Shown here piece after piece: positions 1 through 15,687 of a DNA stretch of 64,000 nt. Location of the stretch: the NCBI RefSeq assembly GCF_009914755.1, contig NC_060930.1. One strand, 5' to 3'. The notes below the pieces were generated by a model, which did not search any database, was not told the DNA's origin, and saw nothing but the letters and a program-made list of their open reading frames with translations. The stretch's first letter is position 1; every line of letters starts with the position of its first letter. The translations under genes were made by a program, and so were the position numbers. Origin of the DNA: the human T2T-CHM13v2.0 reference genome, Homo sapiens.

Positions 1-152
1 TGAGCCACCGCGCCCAGCCCTCATCTGTTCTTTTGGTGAAAATGTCCAGGATAAAGTGCAAACTGAGTTTTCTTGGGAAGAATTTCATATATTCTGAAAT
101 CAGACCTTCCCACAGTTTCAGTGTTCAAATTTTTGTTTTAGAAATGACAGTG

Positions 153-508
<356 letters not shown>

Positions 509-661
509 TCATTTGGCAGAGTTAAAACTTAGCAATGCTCTTCCCCTTTTGGGAACATGGCAACACTCTTCTCCTCCTTCCTCACTTTCCTCCCCTCTCC
601 TCATCTCTTTCTTCTACTTCATTTTTCCTCAGGGGCCAGACACTGGGCTGAGTATTTTAGT

Positions 662-949
<288 letters not shown>

Positions 950-2224
950 GGGCTGGGTAGGTACATTGGCTCACTCACTTCTCACATCCACTCTGAGAGG
1001 CCAGAATTATGTGTGTGTGTGTAACACACAAACACACACACATTTTTTTTTTCACGTAAAGAAACTAAAACTCAGAGTAAATAAATGGCTCATGGCCACA
1101 GAGCTAGCAAAGTGCATCCTCTGAATCTCCAGGCTCCTGCCCCCACAAAGAACATGAATGAGATACCTCAGTAGCTAACAATAAATGACACAATGTAAGT
1201 AAGCATTCAGCACAGTCCCCAATGCCTCATGGGCAAGAAGAGTTCACTCATTTCTTCCATAAATATTTCCTGAGCATCTATCATGTGCCAAGCACTGTTG
1301 TAGACCCTAAATTACTGCAATTAAGGAAATGGACAAAAATCCTTGCTCTCAGATAGCTTACCTTCTAGGGCTTCTTATTACATCCATGGTTAAATTCTCT
1401 GGGGCAACCTCCCCTCCTGTACCCTTTCTGCTCACAGGAGGATGAGAAAGGTCTGTGGCTAGGTGCCACTCTACAGCCTCTCCAATGCCATGGTAGAGCA
1501 GACACCAGGAAAGAGTTGGAGATGTGGAGGCAGCAGCTGCCAGCTTCCTAGCGGAGGTGGAACAGCGGTGCTTTCTTAGGGAAAGGAAAAGAAGAGGCAG
1601 GTGAAGGCCGGAGGCCAGAAGAGGGCTGGCAACCAGAGGCCCAGCATCCAGGGCTGGAAGCTTCTTCCAAGCAGCTCAGGCAAATCCAAGCTCTGTGGGT
1701 GCTTGTCTGACCCTCCCACCCCTGATTTCCGTGCCTGCGGCCAGGAAGTCAGGTGCCTTCTGGAATGATCTGAAAGGATGTTGGTAGAAGAAGACTAAAA
1801 CCTCCCTTGGGCCATTTTTTTTTTCCTGGAACTCCGTAGCTTTCTTATAGGAAACTGTGAAAAGTGAAAAGGGCTTGGGGACAGAAGCCCCAGTTCCAGC
1901 CCTGGCCCTGGAACTCACCCCCTTTACCTCTTCTCTCTCTGTAAATCCTTCTTCACTGGGCTCCTGGAAGAACTAAAGCACTGGGTTCCTGGAAGAGCAC
2001 CTGCTCATAGTAGGCTCTGTATTCTTTGTTGGGCTGGTTGGCTGACTCCATCTCTTGTCCCCATGCACTGTGTTCCTTCTTGTTCTTCTGTCTCCCACCC
2101 ATTCCTCCAGAGTAGACCTTAAAGCCCCTCCAGAGAACCCCTTGTTTCCAGGGAACACAGTTTAGAAACCATGTCCAGACAATACTCTCCCAGAGAAATT
2201 TATTTCAGACTTTAGTACCAGCCT

Positions 2225-2465
2225 TTATTTTTTTCAGACACAGGGTCTCACTCTTTCACTCAGGCTGGAGTGCAGTGGCACAATCACAGCTCACAGCAGC
2301 CTCAGCCTTCTGGGTCCAAGCAATCCTCCCACCCACTTCAGCCTCCTGAGTAGCTATGATTATGGGTGCACACCACCACACCCAACTGATTTTTAAACTG
2401 TTTTGTAGAGGAGTCTTGTTATGTTGCTCAGGTTGGTCTCGAACTCCAGGGCTCAAGTGATCCCC
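2225..2465 (-). mobile_element. partial AluJ
   Basis: Reverse Alu lacking its 5' end. Confidence 0.8.
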
Positions 2466-5400
2466 CTTAACAGCCTTTTAAAAATAGTGTCATTTAAAAA
2501 GAGAGAGAGAGTTGAGACCACAATAAAATCAGAATGGGGCTGGGCTTAGGCACTGATACTTTTTCAAAAGTTCCCCAGGTGACTCACATACAGCCAGCCT
2601 GGGAACCATTGTTCAAGTAGAATAATCACAACATAAAGGAAGTGCCTCAATGCACAAAATGCTTTGGGATCACAGATGAGATAATAATACATTCTGCCTT
2701 GGGAGGGGAATGTGAGCTCTCTTGTCAGGATGCCACAGACGGGAGGTGACACATCTGAGTTTCACTTCAAATGATGAGCAGGGGTCTCTGGGGCCTTGTT
2801 ACTTAAAGCCTGGTCCGCAGACCAGCAGCACCAACATCTCCTGGGTGCTTGTTAGAAATACATAATCCAGGGTCCCCTCCCAAAACTATTGGATCAAAAT
2901 CTGCATTTTATGAAGATATCCAAGTTATTCATATGCACATTAAAATTTGAGCCATGTTGGGCTAAATGGACACAGTGCAGAAGAGTATTCACCACCATTA
3001 ACCTGGTCAGTTTAGATTAAACAACAGAGTACTACAGCGAAGGTTTATTTTTCAATTTAGCTTTTAAAATAAATCCGAAACCTAATGTTATCGATGGCTG
3101 GCCCAAATGTCATTTTTTAAATGCCATCTGAAGGTCAGAGGGTCAGGACTGAGTGCTTTATCCAATCTGCTAATGGGGAATGTTCTTATGCTGCAGATAT
3201 GAGCAGGCTCCGGATGGCTCTGGAGGCTGGGTAGGCTGGGCCATGAGACCCTCCTAGCACAGGACTTAACTCTCCATGAGAAGAGTCCAGCACACTTGTC
3301 CTCAGACACATGTAAGGCACACAGCCTTCTTTACCGGTACCGTTTCCTAGTGATTGGTGGGAGTGGGGAGTCAGCTGCTTCCATACCGGTGCTAATCCTC
3401 TAGGCCACAGCCCTCCGTTCCTTTGCAATGGAATGAAAAAGACAAGACGTTTCAAATGGTGGTGGTCACGGCGGCGGCTGTGGATTCTCCTTGCGCACTG
3501 ATTAAATGAATAGTGCTTTTAACAGAGTCGGTGATGGAAACCCATAATGCCTCTGCCCTGGCTGCCCTGAATATGTATGTGTCTCTCAAAGCCAGCTTCC
3601 AGCCTCAAGAAGCTAAACCAAGATGTCCTGGTTTAACTCCAAGTTCTCACCTGAGTGTAGAGATAACCATGTAGATGTGTTTCAGCATAACCCAGATTTT
3701 CTATCTGCTCTTTCTAACCACTTCTCTGTCCATCTAAGTGGGGAATGAATCACCTTTTTCCTGAAAATACTATGAGAAATGGATTGTTTCATGCAAGATC
3801 CACCTACGTAGATGTGTTGACTGCAGTTATGGGAGGCCCCACAGCTTAGCAGGTATGGAGTACGGGAAAGTCCTTCCTACCACAGCAGGGTTGATGTGAG
3901 AACTGAATCAGGAATCACACGTCTGGCGTTTAGCCTGGTGCTGAGCGGAGGATGCACTCTATACTTGCCATTTACCTCATATGGTCACTTTAATGGCTGT
4001 TCTCTTATCTTCTGTGACGACTGGATCTGATGATCCAGTTATAAACGCTGTTCTTGTGCCACTCCCCCAAATTCCAGTGTAATAGTTTGGGGAACCAACC
4101 ATTGAGAACACAGCCCTTATTCAGGCTGGGTCTGCTACCATGTTATGTTTTAAGCCTTCAAAAATATAAGAATCTATAATAGTCTTTCCATAATAAGTAA
4201 CATAATTCTCTGAACATGTTACTTCTACCTTCCTCAATCACTGTGGTTAAGACAGCCAAGGATGGCTGTCTACCTGGTGTTTGTGGCCACCGAGCCTCCT
4301 GCCTACACCTTGTCACATCTGTTCAGTCTTTACCCTTCTTGTTTTTATGGTTATTATTTGCTCCCAGCCCCACCCTCCTCCTGTTGAGAAACTCCCTCCT
4401 CCCAGCTTCTACCACAATCCTCCTCCCACCTAAATATATACTCCCGAGCTCTTGTCCACAGACCTGCTGTCTGCTGCTTCTTCCCCTTCAGTTTTGGCCA
4501 TTTTCATAGCTTCATTCAGCATATCTAGGATATGGTTCCAAATCTTTATCTCCCTCTCAGGCTCACACCAACATTTGCTACTTTTTATTTGACATTTCTA
4601 GTTCCTTGTGAAACTCAAACTCCTCATCCTCCACGCATGCCAGCTCTTTCTCCTGGCTTTCCAGTCTCTATGAACATCAACACATAGACTGTGGCCCTCA
4701 CACATTACTGAATTTAGCATGAACTTTCTCCACTATTTTTAATGTTATTTTCCTTCTTCACTGGTTTCCTCAAACTAAGCAGCCTTTCATTTTTCAAATT
4801 CATGGCCTCCCTTTAACAGATGTTTGCAAAAAGGTGGAACCAAATAAAAGTGTTTTTGAAGAGTTCTAGCTTTCTCAACTTAAACACATCACAGAGATCT
4901 GATCACCTTCAACATACATGGCCCAGCCCAGACCAGTTAAATTCATTCCCCAGGTTTATTCTAAGTGGAATAAACATAGAAAGACCCTTGACACTGGGTG
5001 ATTGAACTAGAAAGCTGTGGGCCTAAGACCGTCAAGGCCACTTCACCCACCCACCCACAGCAGGTGGAGGAAACTTGTCTGCAGTGGGTGAGAATGAAGA
5101 CAGACAGAGTGTTGGATGGAGATATGACCCTGAAGGGACATGCTGAAACCCAATTCCAGACCCTTAATTCCCTAGAGCTTCCCTGCTGCCTTCAAATCCC
5201 CTTTCATTCTATGAGCCCCTGGAGTATCCTTCCAATATATCTTCTTTTCATTTGTACCATTTTTAGTTGAATTTCTGTCACTGGCAACCAAAATGGTTAA
5301 AAACTACACCAGTTTATATTCTGATGGCAAATTAATTGATTTTCCAAAAGATTATAACTTCCCTGCTCAAAGCCCTTTTTCTCCAACTTACTTTTCCTAT

Positions 5401-5752
5401 CTTATGTCTTGTACATTCCGTAGAGTGTCTATTCACTGACCCCTGAACATACCTGAGCTTTCCTTCTGCCACGTTATCATCCCTTCCTTCCCTTTTCTAG
5501 TACTCAAAGCTGTGTTTATTCATCACTCAATATTTATCAGAAAACACTCCTCAAATTCTGTGATCATTCCCTCCTTTGAGCCACACCCATTAGAGTGTAA
5601 GCTTCTTAATGACTGAAGAGTGTTTCCCATTCATTTCTTTACCCGTCACCACCATCCCTCACCTCAGCACAAGACCTTGAGGACAAGTGCTAAATAAATG
5701 TTGGCTCCTTGGTGTCAATGAAGTATGTCCAATCACCAGTTTTTGTATAAAA

Positions 5753-5925
5753 CCCATTTCTTTTATTGTAACATTAACATTTTTTCACAGTTTCATATTG
5801 GTGAAATCAGGATTCATATTATAATCATTGGCATTCCAGAATTTGATTATTAGTATTTTTTCTCAGTACATAAAATATGGGTGCATCTTACATTTCACCA
5901 TGTCTTAGATTCAGTGAAGTAAAGT
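5753..5925. mobile_element. MER104-like TcMar DNA transposon
   Basis: acattttttcaca...gtgcatcttaca...gtcttagattcagtgaa resembles the recalled MER104 consensus. Confidence 0.55.
5762..5767 (-). terminator. candidate distal polyadenylation signal AATAAA
   Basis: Plus-strand tttatt. Position agrees with my recollection of the annotated transcript end. Confidence 0.6.
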
Positions 5926-6430
5926 ATCATTCATGCATTCCTGATAACAATTGTGTTTGCTTCTCTGTCTTCCTGCCTCCAGGGTGAATCATCCCATGTT
6001 CTCACTATTTCCTTAGTTCCTGTTTTCTACTCCTACCAATGTTGTCTCCACTTTACCTCTTTAAATTTCCTACTTTTCTCAAGTAGTGTCAGACTAGTAT
6101 ACTGTAATAAGGCAATGCTAAATACAATGGTGTCATTGTATCATGGCCCTGCATGATAAAACACTGTTTATGATTCTAAATATGTCTGCTATAGAATTAA
6201 CTCCAGTTTAACATAGAAGCTAGCAAAAATAAATATTTGTTTTAATTTGTGAACAGGCAACTATGTTATATGAGCCATAATGCATGAAAACAATGCAGTC
6301 AGAAGCAGAGAAGGGTTGGAATTAAATAAGACTTACAAGCAAAGCAATATGATATATTTAATGACAATAGAATTATCATTCTTCGAGCAGCACTGTGGCC
6401 TGGGAGAGTCTCTATAGATAAAAGGTTTCT

Positions 6431-6727
<297 letters not shown>

Positions 6728-7069
6728 GGTTTCTAAACAAGTCCAGATGCCCTGTACCACCCAATTACCCATATTTATGCATTTTTGTTCTTCATTGGTC
6801 TGTGAGACTGGGAAATCTAGTAGTCTTGGGTCCAGCAACTCCATAGTGGGGAAGCTGTCCTCATAAGCACCGGCATGGTGGGGACCTGCCTTGATCCCTA
6901 GTGTTGTGGAAAAAGCTAGTCGCTCACCTCCTCTTATCACAGCCTAGGATCCTGCCAAAATGAATGACTTGCCCACAAACCCTGTTCTCTGCAATGGCAA
7001 ACCTTCCCATTCTCCCCATGCGTCCGCTCAAGCTGGTCTCTTGGCTGGTAGAGCTTCCTGGTCTTTAGG

Positions 7070-7423
<354 letters not shown>

Positions 7424-7776
7424 ATCTAGGATGCATTCTGCTCCATTTCTTCTTCTTAAAATCCTGACCTTCAAGGGGCATCTCAGGGCTGCTTTCTCCA
7501 TGAGGTCTGTCTCCCTGGTGGGACTGTTTTTCCTCCCTTGGAATTCCCATCTCACACTGAACTATTACTGAGGCACTAAACACTCTTAATCTTATATTAT
7601 AGATATTTGTGTGGTATTTCCTTTACTAGTTCCTTCTCTGAGAGCTTCGACTACTCTTATTCTTAATTTGGACCCCAATGTACCTAGTGCAGAGATACTT
7701 TAAAATGTTTATTGCCTGAATATATAATAGTAACACCGCAATTAACATTAACAATAGGGAATTGACAAGAGTTGCT

Positions 7777-8180
7777 GTGTAGTAAAGGACTAACCTTTAC
7801 TAGGAAGCAACCTCTATGCCCTTGGAATGTCCTGTGAGATAGAAGGGTCTTTGTCTACTGGGGCCTTGGGCCACACCAGATAGTCTATGCCAACAATGTG
7901 ATTTATGATAGGTGCCCTGGACCTCAAGGTACCAGCTTAACCTCTGGAGGGGCAAAAGACTAAAGTCAGCCATGTGGGCAATCAGCTATAAATCCATGAC
8001 CGACCCCAATAAAAAAACTGTACACCGTGGTGAGCCTGGGTAAGTTTCTCTGGCTGGCAATACTCCATGCACATTGCTACATGTCATTGCTGGGCAAAAT
8101 TAGTGCTATCTGTGTAACTTCACTGGAGGAGGATAGTTGAAAGTTCTGGACCTGGCCTCTCCTGGACCCTGCCTTATATG
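7777..8180 (+). mobile_element. ERVL-type LTR fragment (MER77/MER21-like) in the 3' UTR
   Basis: tgtgtagtaaag start, gggccttgggccacaccagatagtctatgc, ccccaataaaa; family assigned from memory. Confidence 0.55.
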
Positions 8181-8945
8181 CCTAAGAGTAAAAGCAACAG
8201 CAAACAGAATGGGTCTGTGGGGTAAGCGGGGTTGAAGGAGGGGAAAGAGCAGAAGTACATCATGCCATATGTAGAATGAGCACAACTTAGAGAAGATCTC
8301 TAAGGAAAGAGACTATTTTCTCATTTCTACCGTACCTGGCACAGAGTGGGACCTCAATATTTAATGAATGGTTGAATGGATGGATAAATGAATAATCTCC
8401 TCTAATATTGCAGAATCCTGTGGGTTGCCATACTCCCACAGGCCAAATCATTTCCTGTCTGGGATCTCAGCTCTTTTCCCTTCTAGGTAGGCACTTAATC
8501 AAGTTCAATGGGTTTACAGGGTGTTTTTTGTTCTTAATTTCCTATCTCCTATCCAGAATGCCCCTAAGCTTGTACTTCAGTTTTTCCTTTTCCCTCCACA
8601 ACTGACTCCTAGGCAATCTGAGGGTCTAAGAATGTCTAGGAGGCATTTGAATCCTTGTTTATAGGAGGGGAGTTCTTGTGAATTAGTTCACACACAAGAA
8701 CAGAAGGTCCCAGAGAGATGTGAAGTGTGACGCGAGACAGCATGAACATGGAGCAGCCCCACGGGGTCTGGGGTCAGGGCAGCTGGAAGGCTCCTGGGCT
8801 TCTCTGAGAGATGAGTGCTGCTCAGGGTGGTCCAGTAGCTGCTGCATTGTTTGGTGAGGGGCGTGTGGTCAACAAGTCCGTCTGTCAATGACTGGCCAGG
8901 CCCCCTCGATGTCTATGCCCTCTTCTAGGAACAGCCTTGGAGCCC

Positions 8946-9257
8946 CTAGGAAAACACTGACCAATAAATTAAGTTGAAAAATATGTAGGAGGCAGGGAAT
9001 ATCAACCTAGAGTATTTGTCAATGGCATGGGTATTCTGGAAGATACGAAAACCCATCTGGCCCTTCAGAAGCCCCTTCTTTCTGGCAGCGTTGGCTTCAC
9101 CACTCAGGCCCAGGTGGACCACTATTTTGTCTTGCCTTTCTTCTTCTGTCAGGATATGGCTTCTGGGGTACCCAGCCAGGCTGTTGGCCTCAGACTCACT
9201 GTAGCTTCCATCCAGCATCATGGTTTTTGAATGAAGCATTCCACACATGCACGGGAA
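8946..9257 (-). CDS. GABRR2: GABRR2 exon 9 coding part (M3-M4 loop, M4, TAG stop)
   Basis: cccatag|TTCCCGTGC, then FPCMCGMLHSK...AIDKYSRLIFPASYIFFNLIYWSVFS*. Exons 2-9 give 1285 coding nt, leaving 113 nt for exon 1 of a 465-aa protein. Confidence 0.97.
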   Translation of the reverse strand, partial: FPCMCGMLHSKTMMLDGSYSESEANSLAGYPRSHILTEEERQDKIVVHLGLSGEANAARKKGLLKGQMGFRIFQNTHAIDKYSRLIFPASYIFFNLIYWSVFS

Positions 9258-9686
9258 CTATGGGCAGCAAGCACAAAGAACATCATTAAGCCTTGTGAGG
9301 TGGGCAGAGGAGGGGGCCTGGCCCAAGAGCAAAGCCACATTGCTACTCAGAACCACAGAAAGATAGAACTAGAAAGATCTCCAGAGGTTACTTAGTCCAA
9401 CGATCCTCTACTGTGGCTGCATATTAGAATCATCTGCACAGCTCTTTAAACTGGCCATGCCCGGGCTGCACTTTAGAGCAATTAATTTAAAATTCCCAGG
9501 TGATTCTACTGTGTAGCCAGAATTGAGAATCACTGATCTAGTCCAAATCCCTCAGTTGTAGAGACAAAAACTTAAGACCCAGAGAGCTATACGATTCTGA
9601 GACCACACAGCTGGTGTCAGAGCAGGACTCTAAATCCACATAGTCTGATTCCAGCTGCAGGACTCCACCTTTCTGTGCATGAATCA

Positions 9687-10026
<340 letters not shown>

Positions 10027-10766
10027 GATGATGAGGTAGAGAGTGTCCTTATCTTAAAAATTACATTTGAGAGTCAAGGGTCATGGTATCTGCAATGTAT
10101 TTTTAGACAGTTCAACTGCACCAACAGATACATGCTTATATGGAGAAAATGTATTATGCATTCAATGCATAATACATTTTCTCCATATAAGCATGTATCT
10201 GTTGGTGCAGTTTTTGCCACACAAAAATGGCAAAATGTTAGCAATGTTGGATCTAGGTGCTAGGTATCTGAATGTATATGACCCTATTCTTTTAATAGTT
10301 TCTGCAAGTATGAAAATGTGTATGACACTCTAAGTGGGAGGAAAGGAAATGGTTTCGCTTGACTTCTCCCCATAGTTTAGTCAGTAGAGAGTGGGCTTCC
10401 ACTGGTGCCTGGATGCTTGGTGTTGACTGAGAGCAGGAGGCCCACTTGACACATCCAATTGGCGTTGATTTGAATATGTTTCTGACCTGGCTCTCAGCCC
10501 TTCAGGGCGTCTGTTTTTCCATCTAGGAAAGTGAAATAATGAAGTTTCACAACCTGCCTCTTATTGTTATGGATCTTGAAACTCTCAGATGAATATCATA
10601 AAGCTTTAGAATGCAGAAATAGATGAATGATTTTATGCAGAATTAGAATTACTTGAAGTATTCTTATCCTTGAAGAAATTGTTCGTGGTTTGGGGGCTAT
10701 TTTTTTTCATCAGGCATGATTGTTTCATTATTAGTTTCTGTGTCTTTTTTCCATCAGTAACACTTC

Positions 10767-11536
<770 letters not shown>

Positions 11537-12643
11537 TGATATTATCATTGGGGGGTTATTTATTTATTTAAGGCACAGTTCTTCTTCTCCTTGCTCTAAA
11601 CTGAAAATCTTTCTGCTAAAATGAAAATAGACTCTTCTCCTAAGATTTTGAGTTCAAATCAGGAAATACCAAAAATTAGGATAAAACCCCTGTTTCCCAG
11701 ATTGGCTTGCTTCTAAGAAAGAGGAAGTGGCTCTTGGCATGTCAGACAAGGTCTGGCTAATCAGCCAAAGTACTGGAGCAGCTGAGGGGAGGTAAGCCCT
11801 GGGCTCCCACGTGTTCCCGCATGCTCTCGCCTGCACTTGTCTGCCCTTCAAACCAGGGGTGGGCCTAACGGGTCCCAGGCAGCTTTTACCTTTACAGAGT
11901 GGAAATCACACTTCAGTGAGCATCAGAATCACCTGGGAACTTGCTTAAAATCTTGATTCCAGGATGCCATCCTCAAAGATTCTGAATCAGTAGACCTAGG
12001 GTGTGGTCTAGGGAATCTATTTTTTGAGACCCTGTCTCAAACCCGGGAATCTATTTTTAACAGACTCAGGAGGTGATTCCAGGGAAGGTACTCCATGGCA
12101 TCCACTTAGGAACCTCAGCTCTATTGGGAAACATTTCAATACTATGAATATTAGTTTCTCTGTGAGGCAGCAGATGGTGCCTTCTCACCTCTGTCTGCTC
12201 TCCAGCAACTATGCTTCTTGGTCTTAAATCCTACATTTGACAACAGCAGAGTACGAGCTCTCACCTCAGGATGTCTGTTCTCACACAGACAGAGGGGGAG
12301 ACTTAGCGGCCTGAGGCCCTCTCCATAGATGACTTCCTTGTCTCTTTAAACAAAGTCATACAGTTGCTGGCAAAGATCCAACATGATATGGAAACAGGGC
12401 AAGTTGTGCCGGTGAACCGTTCGTTTGTGAGCCTTGTCAGATGAAGGCTTTGCTATTTTTTTCAACTGCTCTATACAGGAAAGTCTAATGATTTATAAAT
12501 CAAAAGTGTTTAAATATGGTCCAAAGTCCTGTGATAATGGTCAGTGTACAAATTACTGAAGTTTAAACAAGTCAATTTTCTGAAGTAAAAAATGTTTGAC
12601 TAGAGCTTTAAAAATAAGCAACCTAGTATAATATATTTGGAGA

Positions 12644-13854
12644 TGTAAACTAAAAATAAAGTTCTAAGCCCCCAAACTGATGAACTGACCCCCCTCTTGG
12701 TCAAGGGGACCCCAGAGAAACCTTAAAAACTGAGTTCCCAGTCATGACGAGACAAGAGGCTGAACACACCTTGTTATTCCTCCTCTCTTTTGGGATTTAG
12801 ACACAACTGACCAGCATTAATGCTGAAATAGAGATTGTAAGACAGAACAGATTCTTTATGGCCATAAGATACCAAATTACAAACAGTACCTAAGGCCATT
12901 CTAGGGCCAGGGTGAAGTCACACACCCCTGCGCTTAAAGAATACACTGTGTGCTAACTGCCACAAGGTTTATCTTTTTCTCTTTCAGCTAAACAAGCACT
13001 GGCCTTGAGATAAACAACGTTAAAACAATTTGGGGCTGGTGCGGTGGTTCATGCCTGTAATCCCAGCACTTTGGGAGGCCAAGGTGGGCAGATGGCTTTG
13101 ACTCCAGAAGTTTGAAACCAGTCTTGGCAACATGGCAAAATCCCATCTCTTTTAAAAATATAAAAACTAGCTGGGCGGGGTGGCGCATGCTTAAGGTCCC
13201 AGCTACTTGGGAGGCTGAAGTGGGAGGACAGCATGAGCCCAGGAGATGGAGTGCAGTTAGCAACCACTGCATTCCAGCCTGGGTGACAGAGTCAGACCCT
13301 GTCTCAAAAAAAAAAAAAAAAATTTGCAGCTCACCAACCATCAGACACTGACTAACCAACCAACCCCTGGCCCCTGTTCCACCAGCCATAACTACAGCTT
13401 TGATTGGACAAGAGAGTGATTTTAGTAACCTTCTCTTGATAGACCATCAATCATGGACCAGTCCTGGTCAGTTTACAGAGGCTGTTCACTTGAGTGACTT
13501 TGTGTCCCTTTTGCATATAGGGTCCAATTGTAATACATTGAAATGTTAAGTCTCCGCCCCAGGGTGAACATGGGTTGTATGTTACATGCACATTTGTTCA
13601 ATAGGCATGTGTCAGGACTACCTTCATAAATATTCATAAATCTTCCTATAGCCTGTTGAATATGTATATTTAGCCATATTCAGCATGAAGCCCCTACTCC
13701 AACACCTTCTCCTTCAAAGTGCCTGTTTCCAGGTCTTTACAGGAGGCTGCACTCCCCAGCCTGCAGGATGGCCACCTTGCAGACTGGAATCCTTTATAAG
13801 AAATAAAGTCTCCTTTTTCAAATTTATAAATTTCTGATTTTTTTAAAGTTAACA
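12644..13854 (+). mobile_element. MER4-family (ERV1) solo LTR with nested Alu
   Basis: TGTAAAC...AACA termini, 4-bp TSD gaga (12640-12643 / 13855-13858), internal AATAAA; 5' end matches recalled MER4D-like consensus. Confidence 0.8.
13032..13322 (+). mobile_element. AluJ nested in the MER4 LTR
   Basis: Dimeric Alu with A-tail; LTR sequence resumes afterwards. Confidence 0.85.
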
Positions 13855-14157
13855 GAGACAATGTGGAAATACTTGATAGGTATAATGCAGGTGTTGAAAG
13901 ACAATTTTTGAAAAGGCAACATATTCTCTTTTCCTAAAATTTAAAGGTCCCATTGACCAAAATGTCGTTACATGGCAAAAATAAATTATTTTAATTTTAA
14001 AAGCTCCCTTATGCTAAAAGGCTAATGGCCACTTGGTTGTTCATAAATATGAGATTTTCATGTCCCTTTATCTCCACAGCTTTTAGATGAACACCCATTT
14101 TGATTAGTGCAATGATTGGCAATGATCAGGTAGCAAGTCAGCATTATTTATTTAGTA

Positions 14158-14212
14158 TTAGGTTGGTGCAAAAGTAATTGCAGTTTATATCATTACTTTT
14201 GCACAGACCTAA
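14158..14212. mobile_element. internally deleted MADE1 (Hsmar1 MITE)
   Basis: ttaggttggtgcaaaagtaat...attacttttgcacagacctaa inverted termini. Confidence 0.85.
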
Positions 14213-14324
14213 CACTAAAATGAATAAGAGTCTGACTATGAATGGAAAAGACTGCCTCCCTGTGCCAAAGGCTCATGAGCATGGCTTTGTAAAATCTCCC
14301 AGTTGTATTCTGTCTCATAGTTTG

Positions 14325-14751
14325 CAGTTGACCCTTGAACAACACAGGTTTGAACTGTGCAGATCCACTTAGATTTTCTTCCACCTCTGCCACCCCGGAG
14401 ACAGTAGGACCAAACCTTCTCTTTCGTCCTCCTCCTCAGCCTACTCAGAGTGAAGATGACCAGGATGAAGTCGTTTATGATGATCCACTTCCATTTCATG
14501 AATTGTAAAGATATTTTCTCTTCCTTATGATTTTCATAACATTTTCTGTCTAGCTTACTTTATTGTAAGAATACAGTTTATAATACATATACAAAATATG
14601 TATTAATCAACTGTTTATCTTATCAGTAAGGCTTCCAGTCAACATGAGGCCATTAGTAGTTAATTTTTGGAGGAGCCAAAAGTTATACTTGGATTTTCTA
14701 CTGCACAAGGGGTCAGCCCCCCCAACCCCTGCCTTGTTCAAGGATCGACTG
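14325..14751. mobile_element. Tigger2a-like DNA transposon
   Basis: TIRs cagttgacccttgaacaa / ttgttcaaggatcgactg followed by TA. Confidence 0.8.
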
Positions 14752-14784
14752 TAGTATAATATAGTACAGTACAGTACATTATAG

Positions 14785-15105
<321 letters not shown>

Positions 15106-15687
15106 TAGTATTTCCAATTTCCTTCTGCAGCTACACATAAAAGGTTTTTTTTTAAAGAAATATATATAAGGTATTTAGCTTTAGTCCTTACTGTGGCTGA
15201 ATTTTCACTGGGCACTGATAAATAAAGGCACTTTTTGTTCTAGAACTCTCCCTTCTCTGGTCATAAGACAGGGAGGCACTGTCCCTAGACATGTTCAGTA
15301 ATGATAGTGAGAGTTTGTTTGTCTAGATCCTGATACATGTGAAAGATCAAAACAACTTTCACATACATTATCTCATGTGACTCTTACAGTAGAGGTGAGG
15401 GTTCTGTAATCTCCCTTTTACAGATGAGAAAACTGAGGCTCAGCATAGGTGTCAAAGTTGAGTCTGAGACCCAAGTCTTCCAGTTCCTAGTCTTTGTCTA
15501 AAGACCTTCTGCTTTCTGGAATCCTTTGGGGTAGAAGCCAGAACCTATTCTAAAACAAGATCCTCCTCGTTTTGCACAAACATCTCCTTTTTCTACATGC
15601 AACCCCTGCCTCTGCCCCCCGGCCCAGAAGACCTTCATTTTCACCCAGCAGCATGGACTTAGACAAGGGCCGAAGAAGCCCTCTCAC

